This document shows positions 9,392-19,639 of a stretch of 64,000 nucleotides of DNA, in pieces. Each line of letters begins with the position of its first letter. Position 1 is the first letter of the stretch. The position numbers were made by a program, and so were the translations under genes. The notes beneath the pieces are model-generated. The model was not told the origin of the DNA. It saw only the letters and a list, made by a program, of their open reading frames with translations, and did no database searches. Location: positions 42,239 to 106,238 of the forward strand of contig JAAYDI010000004.1 in the NCBI GenBank assembly GCA_012729315.1, in the 5' to 3' direction. Origin of the DNA: Planctomycetaceae bacterium. GTDB taxonomy: Bacteria > Planctomycetota > Planctomycetia > Pirellulales > Pirellulaceae.

Positions 9392-10488
9392 AGTCGCGGC
9401 ACCTCCACGCTGCGGATCAGTTCGCGCAACAGATCGTCGACCCGCTGACCCTCCACTTCCGCTTCCGCCGTCAACATCACGCGGTGCCGCAACGCGGGCA
9501 ACGCCAGCTGCACTACGTCGTCGGGAATGGCGTAGTCACGCCCTTCAAATGCGGCCAACGTGCGAACCGCCTGCATCAGCGCGATGCCGGCGCGGGGGGA
9601 CGCCCCCAGGTGGAACTGCGGCCACTGACGTGTCAGCCGGACCAGCTTGTTGATGTAGTCCAGCAGGCGATCGGCGACCCGCACGTTGCTGTTCGCCTGG
9701 GTGATCGCCACAATCTCGGCCGGCGACGTCACGGTCGCCACGTCCCGCTCCAGCCGCTCAGTGATGTCGACCTGGCAGCTGTGCATCTTCAGAATCGCCG
9801 CCTCCTCCTCGGCCCGCGGATAGTCGGCCACCAGTTTGAACATGAAACGGTCCAGCTGCGCCTCCGGGAGGTTGTACGTCCCCTCCGACTCGATCGGGTT
9901 CTGAGTGGCCATCACGAGGAAGGGGCGTTCGAGCGCATGGCTCTTGCCGTCCACCGTGACGCGGTATTCCTGCATGATCTCCAGCAGGGCCGCATGCGTC
10001 TTGGCCGGAGAGCGGTTGATTTCGTCGGCCAGCAGGATCTGGGTGAACACCGGACCGGGCCGGAATCGGAACTCCTGCGTTTTCATGTCGAAGATCGGAG
10101 CTCCGGTGATGTCGGAGGGCATCAGATCCGCCGTGAATTGGATGCGGCCAAAGGCACAGCCGAGTACACGCCCCAGCGTGCGGACAAACAATGTCTTGCC
10201 CAGGCCGGGCACGCTCTCCACCAGCACATGGCCGCTGGAGAACAATGCCACCAGCGACCCCAGCACCAGCTCGTCCTGCCCCACGAAAATCTTGCCGATC
10301 TCGCCGACCATCCGGTCGAATACTCGCCGCGCCGGGGTGGCGTGGGTCCCGGCCGCCAGGCTGCGTTGCACCGACAACACGTCGGGTGCCGCGTCCGGCG
10401 CGGCCGGTCGGGACTGCGGGTCGGGGCGCTGCAGTGACTCGCCGCGCGGCGGAATCTTGCCGTGGGGATCCAGGGGTGCGCTGTTCAT
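9388..10488 (-). CDS. MoxR-family AAA+ ATPase
   Basis: GHVLVESVPGLGKT (Walker A), ILLADEINR (Walker B), and the AAA lid. Confidence 0.9.
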   Translation of the reverse strand: MNSAPLDPHGKIPPRGESLQRPDPQSRPAAPDAAPDVLSVQRSLAAGTHATPARRVFDRMVGEIGKIFVGQDELVLGSLVALFSSGHVLVESVPGLGKTLFVRTLGRVLGCAFGRIQFTADLMPSDITGAPIFDMKTQEFRFRPGPVFTQILLADEINRSPAKTHAALLEIMQEYRVTVDGKSHALERPFLVMATQNPIESEGTYNLPEAQLDRFMFKLVADYPRAEEEAAILKMHSCQVDITERLERDVATVTSPAEIVAITQANSNVRVADRLLDYINKLVRLTRQWPQFHLGASPRAGIALMQAVRTLAAFEGRDYAIPDDVVQLALPALRHRVMLTAEAEVEGQRVDDLLRELIRSVEVPRL

Positions 10489-11813
10489 GTCCGTGCGTCC
10501 AATTCGGGTGAAGTGGGTGGCTCGAATGGCAGGCCGGCAGACGGTCCGGCATGCCGTGGCCGCGTGACGGGGTCACGACGCGTGACCAGATGGTAGTGCT
10601 CGACTTGACGCTGGGCGAACTGCGCGTCACCCGTTCTCTGCAGCAGTTCACCGAGCGCGTCGACATGTTGCACAAACGCCGCGGGATGCGCGTCTGGAAC
10701 CGTTTCATCGGCGACCGTTCTGGGGCGGCCGAAAATGGGGTAGACACAGAAACAGTAGACCAGGCCCAGCACGCACCAGTGCGCGGCAAGCAGCACGCGT
10801 TCGCGCGTGGCACGCGACCATGCGGGCAGGGGCGCCTGGTCCGACACCATCGGGTCGCCCGGTCCGCTCTCCAGGAAACCCACGGCGGAGCCGGATCCAC
10901 ACGTCCGGATCAGATGCCCGGCCAGCTTCCGATGAGCATGGTTCACCAGCGGAAGATTCAGCAGGAACGACCCGTTGGTGATCACGATCACCTGGCTGTG
11001 CCCCCAGCCCGGCTTCCGTATGCGGCTGACCAGAACGGTCGGACCGGCGCTGAGCAACGTCTCGTAGTACGGAGTCTCGTAGTCCAGAACCTCGTCGGCG
11101 GTCTGCGGCGAGTCTGGCCGGAGCGCCAGCAGCTCCTGCCGCGTGGGAACCTGGAGCTGCCCCTGGGTGTGGATGCTTGTGGTTGCCGCGTCCACGCCTG
11201 CGCTCCATGGCCCCTGCAAGTGAGTCGCCTGCTGCCGCGGGCAGTCGCGCCGCACGGTGAACCACTCGATCGTCGCCTCGGCGGGCATCGCCAGACGATC
11301 CTGCTCATGCTGTGCGGTGGCCCGGGCCAGTCGCCGCATTATTTCGATCCGCTCGGCGGCCGGCGCGCCAGCGGAGACTGCCTGCCAGTAATGCGGTTCG
11401 GCGTTGTAGTCGCGCCCGATATACACGAGTGTCTTGCGTGTGGGAGACCGAAGCCACTGCTCGAAATACTGCTGCACCTCGGTACCGGGCGGACCGAAGT
11501 CGTCGGGTGCCCACACAATCACATCGCATTGCTGCAGGTCGCTGGCCAACCGGCGCCAGGTCGAGACCTGGCAGTCGGCCTCCTCAAACAGGGTGGCCAG
11601 CACGCTTGTGCCATTGACGCTCCTGCCGGCCGTCCCGCGCTGGTGCCCGTACGCGGTCTCCAACTGCTCAGGGTCGCGGCAGCCAGCGCCGGCTGCCAGG
11701 AGGATGATGGCCAAACTCATTGCCCGCGCGACGGCTGCAGACATCGGCCGGACAGGAACTGGTCGCTGTGCGGCGCTGAGCGAGACCGGCGCGTCGTGGT
11801 CAGATGTCCTCAT
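10485..11813 (-). CDS. DUF4350-like (GldG/ThuA-fold) lipoprotein
   Basis: ATGA overlap with the upstream gene. Lipobox LAAGAGC. Motifs CDVIVWAPDD and VIVITNGSFLLN. Typical member of MoxR operons. Confidence 0.6.
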   Translation of the reverse strand: MRTSDHDAPVSLSAAQRPVPVRPMSAAVARAMSLAIILLAAGAGCRDPEQLETAYGHQRGTAGRSVNGTSVLATLFEEADCQVSTWRRLASDLQQCDVIVWAPDDFGPPGTEVQQYFEQWLRSPTRKTLVYIGRDYNAEPHYWQAVSAGAPAAERIEIMRRLARATAQHEQDRLAMPAEATIEWFTVRRDCPRQQATHLQGPWSAGVDAATTSIHTQGQLQVPTRQELLALRPDSPQTADEVLDYETPYYETLLSAGPTVLVSRIRKPGWGHSQVIVITNGSFLLNLPLVNHAHRKLAGHLIRTCGSGSAVGFLESGPGDPMVSDQAPLPAWSRATRERVLLAAHWCVLGLVYCFCVYPIFGRPRTVADETVPDAHPAAFVQHVDALGELLQRTGDAQFAQRQVEHYHLVTRRDPVTRPRHAGPSAGLPFEPPTSPELDART

Positions 11814-12574
11814 CCCAAACGCTCCAATTGCCGGTGGAATTCGTCCAGGTTATCCCAGCAGCGCTGGAATTGCGTCCGAGACAGCGTATGGTTGCCGAAG
11901 AACACGTCTTCAAAAGCGATCATGGTGTCATGGAGCAGTTCACGCAGATGCGGCAGCGTCCGCAGCTCGTGCAGGTACTGCCGATTGGTTTTGCCCTTCC
12001 CCAGCTGGATCGCGCGATGGTGGTCCAATTCCATCAGCTGATAGGCGTAGGCGTAGACGATTGCCATGCCGAAGTCCCCGGCCTGATAGCAGGCCCGCGC
12101 GGCAGCCAGCAGATCGCGATCGGTCGGCGGCAACGTCATCGGCAGGTCTTCCAGCCGCTCCGGGCCGACTTGCTGGCGTTCGACCGATGGGCCTCCCGTC
12201 ACCCGGCGCCGGTCCAGGTGGCCGGCCGCCCACACGAGCAGCCACAGGATGGCTGCCAGCGCGACCGCCAGCGCGAGCCAGGCGAGCAGCTGCATGATGC
12301 GCGCCAAGAGCGACTGCGACGGATCGTCAGCGGGGGCCGCGTCGATCACCTCGGCCGCCCATCGCGACTGGCGGTGCGCGTCATCCTCCGGCGGCTGCAC
12401 GCTGATCCGGCGCAACGTGTCCCGAACCGGATCGTACCACGGCATGCCGGGCTGGGCGGGCAACGCGTCGCGCGCCGCGGCCACCGGCGATTCCGGATCC
12501 GCCACCGGGCTGCCAGCCTCTACGGCCAGGGGTCCGGAGAGCCACAACATGAGGGCGGCGACCGGCACGGTCAT
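11810..12574 (-). CDS. DUF4129-like protein
   Basis: Signal peptide, then a C-terminal DUF4129-like segment (LGKGKTNRQYLHEL...FEDVFFG). The start was chosen at the ATG overlapping the upstream stop. Confidence 0.55.
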   Translation of the reverse strand: MTVPVAALMLWLSGPLAVEAGSPVADPESPVAAARDALPAQPGMPWYDPVRDTLRRISVQPPEDDAHRQSRWAAEVIDAAPADDPSQSLLARIMQLLAWLALAVALAAILWLLVWAAGHLDRRRVTGGPSVERQQVGPERLEDLPMTLPPTDRDLLAAARACYQAGDFGMAIVYAYAYQLMELDHHRAIQLGKGKTNRQYLHELRTLPHLRELLHDTMIAFEDVFFGNHTLSRTQFQRCWDNLDEFHRQLERLG

Positions 12575-13476
12575 GGCAGTTGCTCCAACAGACGACTCCC
12601 CTCCGCACGCATCCGCAACTCCACCTCCCAGCCTTCCTGGCGAATCCGCAGATCGATGTAGGCCAGGAACCGCACCACCGCCAGAAACCCGGCCACGATC
12701 CACATCGCCAGGGGGACGCCGACGACGAACGTGCGCTCGCGCACAGACCAGTCGTCCAGCACAATACCCTTGGCAGACAACAATGCACCGAACACACTCA
12801 GCGTCAGCAGGATGGCCAGCGTCGACACGCACAGGGCCTGAACCAGCAGACCCGATGGATTGGACCCATGCAGCATCCTGTTCCGCCGGCTGACCGTGAT
12901 CGCCTGCGGATCGGCCGCCTGCAGCGGGTTCTTCTCCAGCAGCAGAATCTCGTTCAGGAACGGCGCCGTGGTCCGTTGCACGAGGACGGCCAGTGTCAAC
13001 AGCAGCAACAGCATCTCGGCCAACGAATACTCACTGCCGCGCTCCACCACCAGCAGCAGGAGCCAGGCCGGCAGCACACCGCGCAACAGGAGGTGGCACA
13101 GTGTCGCACGGGGTACATAGGGGAGCGCTTCGCGGATCGCATCGCGAACCCTCGGCGCCGGGACGAACATGACCCGCCCCAGATAGCTGGTCGCCAAGAC
13201 CGATGCCAGCGGCGCCTCGATCACGATCAACAGAATCGTTGTCCACACGCACCGCACTGCGCCCACCACCCGCTGGTCGCCTGCCACCAGCGCTTCCGCG
13301 TTGCTCGGCAGCATCCAGTTGGTCAGCCAGTAATTGATGATCGCCAGAGGGATTACCCCCAGACTCATCGTGATCGTCAGCGGCCACAGGTACAGCCGGC
13401 AGACCTGCAGCGCAAGGTCCAGAATGTCCAACACACTCCGCTCCCGCACGGCGATCAGTGTTCGATCGAACTGCAC
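12571..13476 (-). CDS. polytopic membrane protein of MoxR operon (hypothetical)
   Basis: About 7 hydrophobic helices. 4-nt overlap with the downstream gene. Confidence 0.55.
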   Translation of the reverse strand: MQFDRTLIAVRERSVLDILDLALQVCRLYLWPLTITMSLGVIPLAIINYWLTNWMLPSNAEALVAGDQRVVGAVRCVWTTILLIVIEAPLASVLATSYLGRVMFVPAPRVRDAIREALPYVPRATLCHLLLRGVLPAWLLLLVVERGSEYSLAEMLLLLLTLAVLVQRTTAPFLNEILLLEKNPLQAADPQAITVSRRNRMLHGSNPSGLLVQALCVSTLAILLTLSVFGALLSAKGIVLDDWSVRERTFVVGVPLAMWIVAGFLAVVRFLAYIDLRIRQEGWEVELRMRAEGSRLLEQLP

Positions 13477-14430
13477 TTACCGGCCCTTTCGCGGGAATCC
13501 GAGCACCAGAAGATAGAACACCAGCATCCCGGCCGACAGGATCGCGACGCCGGCCTTCAGCCCGTAGGGCAGACTGGTCGGCGAGAGGAACCCTTCGATC
13601 AGGGCGGCCAGGAAGAACAGCAGCATGGCGACACCCATCATGGGCATCGCTTCGATCCCCGCTTTCTGCAACGAAGCCGCGCGCGTCAGGCCGCCCGTCT
13701 TCAGCCAGCCCATCCCCAGCCGCAGGCCGGCACCGGCCGCCAGCACGATGGCATTCAGCTCGAAGGGTCCGTGCGCGGTCACGAAGTTGAAGAAGTTCTC
13801 TCCCGCGAGCACGTCGGGGCGTCGCATGTAGCCGAACACGGCGCCGAGTATGAGCGCGTTGTGGAGCGTCTCGCGCAGCCCCGGGATGATCAGGATCCCC
13901 CAGGCGAAACAGCGGAGCCCGATCCCGGTGTTGTGCCGGATGTAATACGCTGCCATCGCGTAGTTCAACTCCGGATCACGATCCTGGATCGGATCCCGGA
14001 AACTCGTTTCCAGCATCTCCAGCATGCTGGCCGGCAAGATCTGTTCCACCCACGTGGCCCGGCCGTACGCCATCGCACCGGAGGCGAGGAAGGTGGCCCA
14101 GAACAGCACAAACGACAACTGGACGCAGCGGTCGCGCACAATCCGCTGCGGCACGTCCACCAGCAGCGTCTTGCGCCAGCCGGCCACGTCCAGCCGCCGG
14201 CTGCGGTACAGCTGGTTGTGGGCTCGTCCCACCAGCTGATGCAGGTAGTGCACGGTATTGGGGGGCAGCTGGTAGGCGTCGGCCAGGGCGAGATCAGCGC
14301 AGGCCGCCCGGTATAACGCTGCGAAACGCGTCAGAGCGGCCGCGTCCAGCCTGGTCGGCGACTGGCTGCATAGACGGTCCAGTTCGACCCAATCTGGCTG
14401 CCGCTGTTCCAGTCGTGCCGCGACTTTCAT
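13477..14430 (-). CDS. SpoIIM-like (DUF95) membrane protein
   Basis: Topology and conserved segments typical of stage II sporulation protein M-like proteins found in MoxR operons. Confidence 0.6.
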   Translation of the reverse strand: MKVAARLEQRQPDWVELDRLCSQSPTRLDAAALTRFAALYRAACADLALADAYQLPPNTVHYLHQLVGRAHNQLYRSRRLDVAGWRKTLLVDVPQRIVRDRCVQLSFVLFWATFLASGAMAYGRATWVEQILPASMLEMLETSFRDPIQDRDPELNYAMAAYYIRHNTGIGLRCFAWGILIIPGLRETLHNALILGAVFGYMRRPDVLAGENFFNFVTAHGPFELNAIVLAAGAGLRLGMGWLKTGGLTRAASLQKAGIEAMPMMGVAMLLFFLAALIEGFLSPTSLPYGLKAGVAILSAGMLVFYLLVLGFPRKGR

Positions 14431-15350
14431 GGCCCACCTCGCAGGACGGTCGGCTGCGATGCATCGGCCGGCTGGTCGGCCGGCGCAGCAGGTGCCCCGG
14501 GGGGCGATCCGGTCATGGCTGCCTGAGCGCGCGCGGCATGCGTCTCGTCGTCGGCGCGGTCGGCAATGAACAGCCGGTAGTACATGGCGCTCAGCAGCAA
14601 ATCGTAGCTGGTGTTGTCCGGCAGGCGGAACTGCGCGAGCAGCGGTACCGCCACGTGCCGGGCCACTTCGCGCCGCCGCAGCGGCGTAAAATACCGGCGA
14701 CGTTCCGCATAGTGCGCCAGTGCCGCCGCCAGACTCCGGCTCACACGCAGATCGGCCGGCAGATAGGAGGCCAGTTGGTAGGTCCGCGGATCCTCGATCC
14801 GGGCGACCCCCGCCAACCAGGGCCGATCCTCTATGACGACCATCGTCCGGGAGGCCAGGTCCCCCAGCCGCTGGAACCGGCGGTTCGCCGCCATCACCGC
14901 CAGACCCAGCACGCAGGTGGGGATCAGCGGCACCGGCGGCAGCCCCAGAATCTCACCGGAAATCATCGGACCGAGATCCACCGTCCGCATGATGTTCCGC
15001 AGGATCGCCTGGTAGGCGTTGACCGGCCGCCCGGTGGCGCTCAAGACACGAATCCCCATCAGCCGTTTGCCCGGCGTCTGGCCGTTCCAGTAGGCTTCGA
15101 ACAGGCCGCCATAGAACCAGCTGAGCACGAACTCGGCGAGGATCCAGATCGCCAGCGAGCCGGCGCCAAGACCGATCGAAAGCACCTGCGCCAGCATCCC
15201 CAGGCCGATGAGCGCCGCGATGCGGATCAACACGTCTATCACGTAGGCCGGCAATCGGCGAAAAGGGCCGGCAACCTGATAGTGGAACGCGATGCCCTCC
15301 GGCGTCACGATGTCGACGGTGGTGTCGATCGGTAGGGCATCTGAGGACAT
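14427..15350 (-). CDS. RDD family membrane protein
   Basis: RDD motif context: GQTPGKRLMGIRV. 4-nt overlap with the next gene. Confidence 0.7.
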   Translation of the reverse strand: MSSDALPIDTTVDIVTPEGIAFHYQVAGPFRRLPAYVIDVLIRIAALIGLGMLAQVLSIGLGAGSLAIWILAEFVLSWFYGGLFEAYWNGQTPGKRLMGIRVLSATGRPVNAYQAILRNIMRTVDLGPMISGEILGLPPVPLIPTCVLGLAVMAANRRFQRLGDLASRTMVVIEDRPWLAGVARIEDPRTYQLASYLPADLRVSRSLAAALAHYAERRRYFTPLRRREVARHVAVPLLAQFRLPDNTSYDLLLSAMYYRLFIADRADDETHAARAQAAMTGSPPGAPAAPADQPADASQPTVLRGGP

Positions 15351-15565
15351 GTCGGCAACGCCACAAGACGAGCGGACTCACCACAATGGAATGCATGCTG
15401 CCAGCAGCCCCGGAGGGCGGGCGGTGGAGGTGCGTTCATTATTGAGATTCGCCCGCCATCCCGCAACCGTTGCCGTGCCGGCGCTGCCGCGAACTCCAAA
15501 ATCGCGCATACTGATGCCTGGTGCTGTCGACATCCCATACGTGCCATGCGGGAGGACTTAACGAG

Positions 15566-16297
15566 ATGAAGCTGCAGGGGAAAACGGCTGTCGTCACTGG
15601 CGGTGGTACGGGTATCGGGTGGGGCATCGCGCAAGCGCTGGCGCGGGAAGGATGCCGTGTGGCGATCGCCGGACGCCGCGCGGAGCAGTTGCGCGCGGCG
15701 GCTGCCAGCTGGACGCAGACGCCGGAAATCCTGTGGCATCCGGTCGATGTCGCCGATCGGGCCCGCGTCGCCGCACTGTTCCAATGGGTCACCGAAACCC
15801 TGGGCAGGCTGGATATCCTGGTCAACTCGGCCGGCATCAACATCGCCGATCGCTCGATGGCCGCCATGCAGCCGGAGCAATGGGACCAGGTCCTGGCAAT
15901 CAATGCCACAGGGGCGTACAACTGCCTGTACCATGCCTTGCCCCAGATGCGGGCCCGCCAGGAAGGGCTCGTGATCAACATCTCGTCCATCTCTGGCAAG
16001 CGGGCAACGGCGCTCGGCGGTGTCGCCTACTGCGCGTCCAAATTCGCCATGACGGCGCTGGGGACCAGCGTCGGCAACGAGTGTGCGGCCGATGGCGTCC
16101 GCATCACGAATATCTATCCGGGCGAGGTCAATACGCCCATCCTCAAGCACCGTCCGACGCCGGTCAGCGAAGAGCGGAAAACCGCCATGTTGCAGCCCGA
16201 TGATTTCGGCGATCTGGTGGTGGCGGTCGCGTGTCTCCACCCGCGCGCCCACGTCGCGGAGATTGTGCTCAAACCGACCGTCCAGCAGTACTGCTGA
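15566..16297 (+). CDS. SDR family oxidoreductase
   Basis: TGGGTGIG Rossmann motif, NSAG, and the S...YxxxK catalytic triad (YCASK). Confidence 0.85.
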   Translation: MKLQGKTAVVTGGGTGIGWGIAQALAREGCRVAIAGRRAEQLRAAAASWTQTPEILWHPVDVADRARVAALFQWVTETLGRLDILVNSAGINIADRSMAAMQPEQWDQVLAINATGAYNCLYHALPQMRARQEGLVINISSISGKRATALGGVAYCASKFAMTALGTSVGNECAADGVRITNIYPGEVNTPILKHRPTPVSEERKTAMLQPDDFGDLVVAVACLHPRAHVAEIVLKPTVQQYC

Positions 16298-16456
16298 CAC
16301 CGAGCGGGTCCACCGGAAGCTGGCGTGTGCGTTGACGTCTTCTTCTGGAACACCTTGGGAGACCGCGACACGCGGTGATCTGGCGGAAGCTGTCCTTTGG
16401 TACTCACACATCCAGAACAGTCTCGCATAGAAATCCAGGCATCAGGACATCAGGCA

Positions 16457-17482
16457 TCAGGACACGGTCCAGCTGTCCCCGGTCTGGAAGAGCGCCTCCA
16501 GGTTGCCACGCCCCTTCTTGGCGCGGGCGGCTTCGATCTGGTTGTTCAGTTCCACTTCGTAGCGCGGGCGATCGACGGTTCGGAACACGCCGATCGGCTC
16601 GGGGAACTCCGGGTACCGCATGCGGCTCAGGAGATAGGCCAGGCTCGGCTCCGGCGCCTGTTCGTCGTGGCACAGCAGGTCGCGCTCGGACACGCCCGCT
16701 CCGAGTTCGACGATTTCCGGATCCAGGCCGCGGAGCCGGATCCCCTTGTCGCGGTTCTTGCCGAAGATCAGCGGCTTGCCGTGCTCCAATTCCAGTGTCG
16801 TGTCGGCCTTGTGGTCCCGGTCGGTGGCATAGTCGAAGGCCCCGTCGTTGAAGACGACGCAGTTCTGATAGACCTCGATGAACGACGTGCCGCGATGGTC
16901 GGCAGCGCGCTGCAGCACTTCGCCGAAATGCTTGATATTCGTGTCGATCGAACGGGCCACAAACGTGGCTTCGCACCCGATGGCGATCGACAGCGGATGC
17001 AGCGGATTGTCGATCGAACCGGCGGGGGAACTCTTCGTGACGGCGCCGAGCCGGGAGGTGGGGGAGTACTGGCCCTTGGTCAGCCCGTAAATCCGGTTGT
17101 TGAACAGGATGATATTCACGTCGATGTTGCGGCGGATGCAGTGCATCAGATGGTTACCGCCGATGCTCAGACCATCGCCGTCACCCGTGATGACCCAGAC
17201 CTGCAGGTCCGGGCGGGTGGCCTTCAAGCCGGTGGCGAACGCCGGCGCTCGGCCGTGAATGCCGTGGATACCGTAGGCCTGCATATAGTACGGAAAGCGG
17301 CTGGAGCAGCCGATGCCCGAGATGAAGACCAGCTTCTCGCGCGGGACCTGCAGTGCGGCGAGCACCTTCTTCATCTGTGCCAGAATGGAGTAGTTTCCGC
17401 ACCCGGGGCACCAGCGCACATCCTGGTTGCTGGCGTAGTCGGCCGGTTTGAGCACGGGTAGTGCACCGCTCATGGTAATCAA
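16457..17482 (-). CDS. korB: 2-oxoacid:ferredoxin oxidoreductase beta subunit
   Basis: WCPGCGNY, GIGCSSR, and the TPP-binding GDGD motif. Confidence 0.9.
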   Translation of the reverse strand: MITMSGALPVLKPADYASNQDVRWCPGCGNYSILAQMKKVLAALQVPREKLVFISGIGCSSRFPYYMQAYGIHGIHGRAPAFATGLKATRPDLQVWVITGDGDGLSIGGNHLMHCIRRNIDVNIILFNNRIYGLTKGQYSPTSRLGAVTKSSPAGSIDNPLHPLSIAIGCEATFVARSIDTNIKHFGEVLQRAADHRGTSFIEVYQNCVVFNDGAFDYATDRDHKADTTLELEHGKPLIFGKNRDKGIRLRGLDPEIVELGAGVSERDLLCHDEQAPEPSLAYLLSRMRYPEFPEPIGVFRTVDRPRYEVELNNQIEAARAKKGRGNLEALFQTGDSWTVS

Positions 17483-19386
17483 TCCACAGTGGCGAGTTCT
17501 GCTTTGATCCGGTCGACCAGTTCGCCGACCGCAAACGGCTTGCCCTTGACCTTGTTGAAGCCGACGGCGTCCACCAGATAGGTGGCGGCGAGGAACGTGC
17601 GCAGCTGCCCGAGGTTCAGCTCGGGGACCAGCACACGTTTGTAGCTGCGCAGTAACTCCCCGATGTTGCGGGGGAACGGGTTCAGGTAACGCAGGTGCAC
17701 GTGGCCGACGGACAGGCCTTCCGCCTGGCAGCGGCGCACGGCCGTCGTGCAGGCACCGAAGGTGCCACCCCAGCTCACGACCAGCAGGTCGCCAGCCGGC
17801 GGCCCGTCGAGCTTCTGCAGCGGGATGTCGCTGGCCACGTGCGCCACTTTCCGCGCGCGCAGCTGGACCATCGCTTCATGGTTGTCGGAATCGTAACTGA
17901 CGATGCCAGTCCGGTTCTGCTTCTCGAGCCCGCCGATGCGGTGCATCAGACCGGGGGTGCCCGGCAGCGCCCAGGGGCGAGCGAGACGCTTGTCCCGGTC
18001 GTAGGGCAGGAACACCTGGCCGTCGGTCACCGGTTCCGGATGTGAGATCTCGACGCGCGGCAGGTCTTCGAGCCGGGGAATGCGCCACGGCTCCGACCCG
18101 TTGGCGATATAGCCATCGGACAGCAGCATGACGGGTGTCATGAACCGCACGGCGATGCGCCACGCCTCCTGAGCCACGTCGAAGCAGTCGGCAGGGCTGG
18201 CGGCTGCCAGCACCGGCAGCGGGCACTCGCCACCGCGCCCGTAGACGGCCTGGAACAGGTCCGCCTGTTCTGTCTTGGTGGGCAGCCCCGTGCTGGGCCC
18301 GCCGCGCTGGACATTCACCACGATCAGGGGCAGTTCCAGCATGACCGCCAGGCCGATTCCTTCGCTCTTGAGCGCCATGCCAGGGCCGCTTGTAGTCGTC
18401 ACCGCCATCGCGCCCCCGAACGCGGCGCCGATCGCGGCGCACACGGCAGCAATCTCGTCTTCGGCCTGAAAGGTGCGGATGCCAAAATGCTTCAACTTGG
18501 TCAGTTCGTGCAGGATGTCGCTGGCCGGCGTGATCGGGTATGTGCCCAGGAACAGGTCCTTGCCGCTCAGTTCGGCCGCCGCCAGCAGTCCCCAGGCCAG
18601 CGCCTGGTTGCCCATCAGGTTCAGATACGAGCCCGGCGGCAGGCGGGCCGGGTCCACGCGATAGCTGCAGGCAAAGGCCTCCGTGGTCTCGCCATAGTCC
18701 CAGCCGGCCCGCAGCGCCTTCTCGTTCGCCTGGACAATGTCCGGCCGGTTGCCGAACTTGCTGCGGATGAACCGCAGCGTGGCACTCAGGTCGCGGCCAT
18801 AGAGCCAGTACACCAGCCCCATGGCGAAAAAGTTCCGGCAGCGATCGGCGATCTTCACGCCCAGCTCAAGTTCCTCCACCGCTTTCCGCGTCAGCGCCGT
18901 CATGGGGACACGGATAACCTGGTAGCCCGCGAGCGAACCGTCCTCCAGCGGATTGTGGTCCAGGTTCGCCAACTTGAACTCTTTGGCGTTGAAGGCGTCT
19001 TCGTTGACGATCACGAGGCCCCCCGGCTTCAGGTCCGTGACGTTCGTTACGAGCGCGGCCGGGTTCATGGCCACCAGGGTATCCAGGTGGTCGCCGGGAG
19101 TGAAGATGTCGTGAGAGGAGAATTGAACCTGGAAGCCGCTCACCCCCGCGCGCGTACCGCGTGGCGCGCGGATCTCGGCCGGGAAATCAGGAAACGTGGC
19201 GACGTCGTTGCCCAGCAGGGCCGACGTGTTGGTCAGCTGGGTGCCCAGCAGCTGAATGCCGTCCCCCGAATCGCCGGCAACTCTCACGGTGGCGCCTTCC
19301 AGCTGAATGAACTGCTTGGAGGTCACTCGATCAGCGGGTCCATCAGTGGCGGCAGGCATCTCGGCACTTTCTCTAGCGCGCTCCAA
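17479..19386 (-). CDS. korA: 2-oxoacid:ferredoxin oxidoreductase alpha subunit
   Basis: Typical KorA N-terminus (VAGDSGDGIQLLG) and pyruvate-flavodoxin oxidoreductase domains. Alternative start at 19359. Overlaps korB by 4 nt. Confidence 0.9.
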   Translation of the reverse strand: MERARESAEMPAATDGPADRVTSKQFIQLEGATVRVAGDSGDGIQLLGTQLTNTSALLGNDVATFPDFPAEIRAPRGTRAGVSGFQVQFSSHDIFTPGDHLDTLVAMNPAALVTNVTDLKPGGLVIVNEDAFNAKEFKLANLDHNPLEDGSLAGYQVIRVPMTALTRKAVEELELGVKIADRCRNFFAMGLVYWLYGRDLSATLRFIRSKFGNRPDIVQANEKALRAGWDYGETTEAFACSYRVDPARLPPGSYLNLMGNQALAWGLLAAAELSGKDLFLGTYPITPASDILHELTKLKHFGIRTFQAEDEIAAVCAAIGAAFGGAMAVTTTSGPGMALKSEGIGLAVMLELPLIVVNVQRGGPSTGLPTKTEQADLFQAVYGRGGECPLPVLAAASPADCFDVAQEAWRIAVRFMTPVMLLSDGYIANGSEPWRIPRLEDLPRVEISHPEPVTDGQVFLPYDRDKRLARPWALPGTPGLMHRIGGLEKQNRTGIVSYDSDNHEAMVQLRARKVAHVASDIPLQKLDGPPAGDLLVVSWGGTFGACTTAVRRCQAEGLSVGHVHLRYLNPFPRNIGELLRSYKRVLVPELNLGQLRTFLAATYLVDAVGFNKVKGKPFAVGELVDRIKAELATVD

Positions 19387-19639
19387 ATCCCCCAGGAGTT
19401 TTCACATGCGTGGCATCTGTCCTGATAGGCACCACACGAGAATGTACCGCGCGCATGCCGCAAGTTGAACCGTTCCGCCCAGGAATCCGGGAATCCGGTC
19501 TCCCGCGTTTCGCGTGGTGACTGGCAGGGGGTGCGGCAGCTGGCAACGTCCTGTGCGGCGGATTGGGCGGTCTGATGCCTTCATGGCGCCGCGGCCACGT
19601 CTGGCCAGAGTCTGTGCGTTGCTTTCGGTCCGGGATGCC

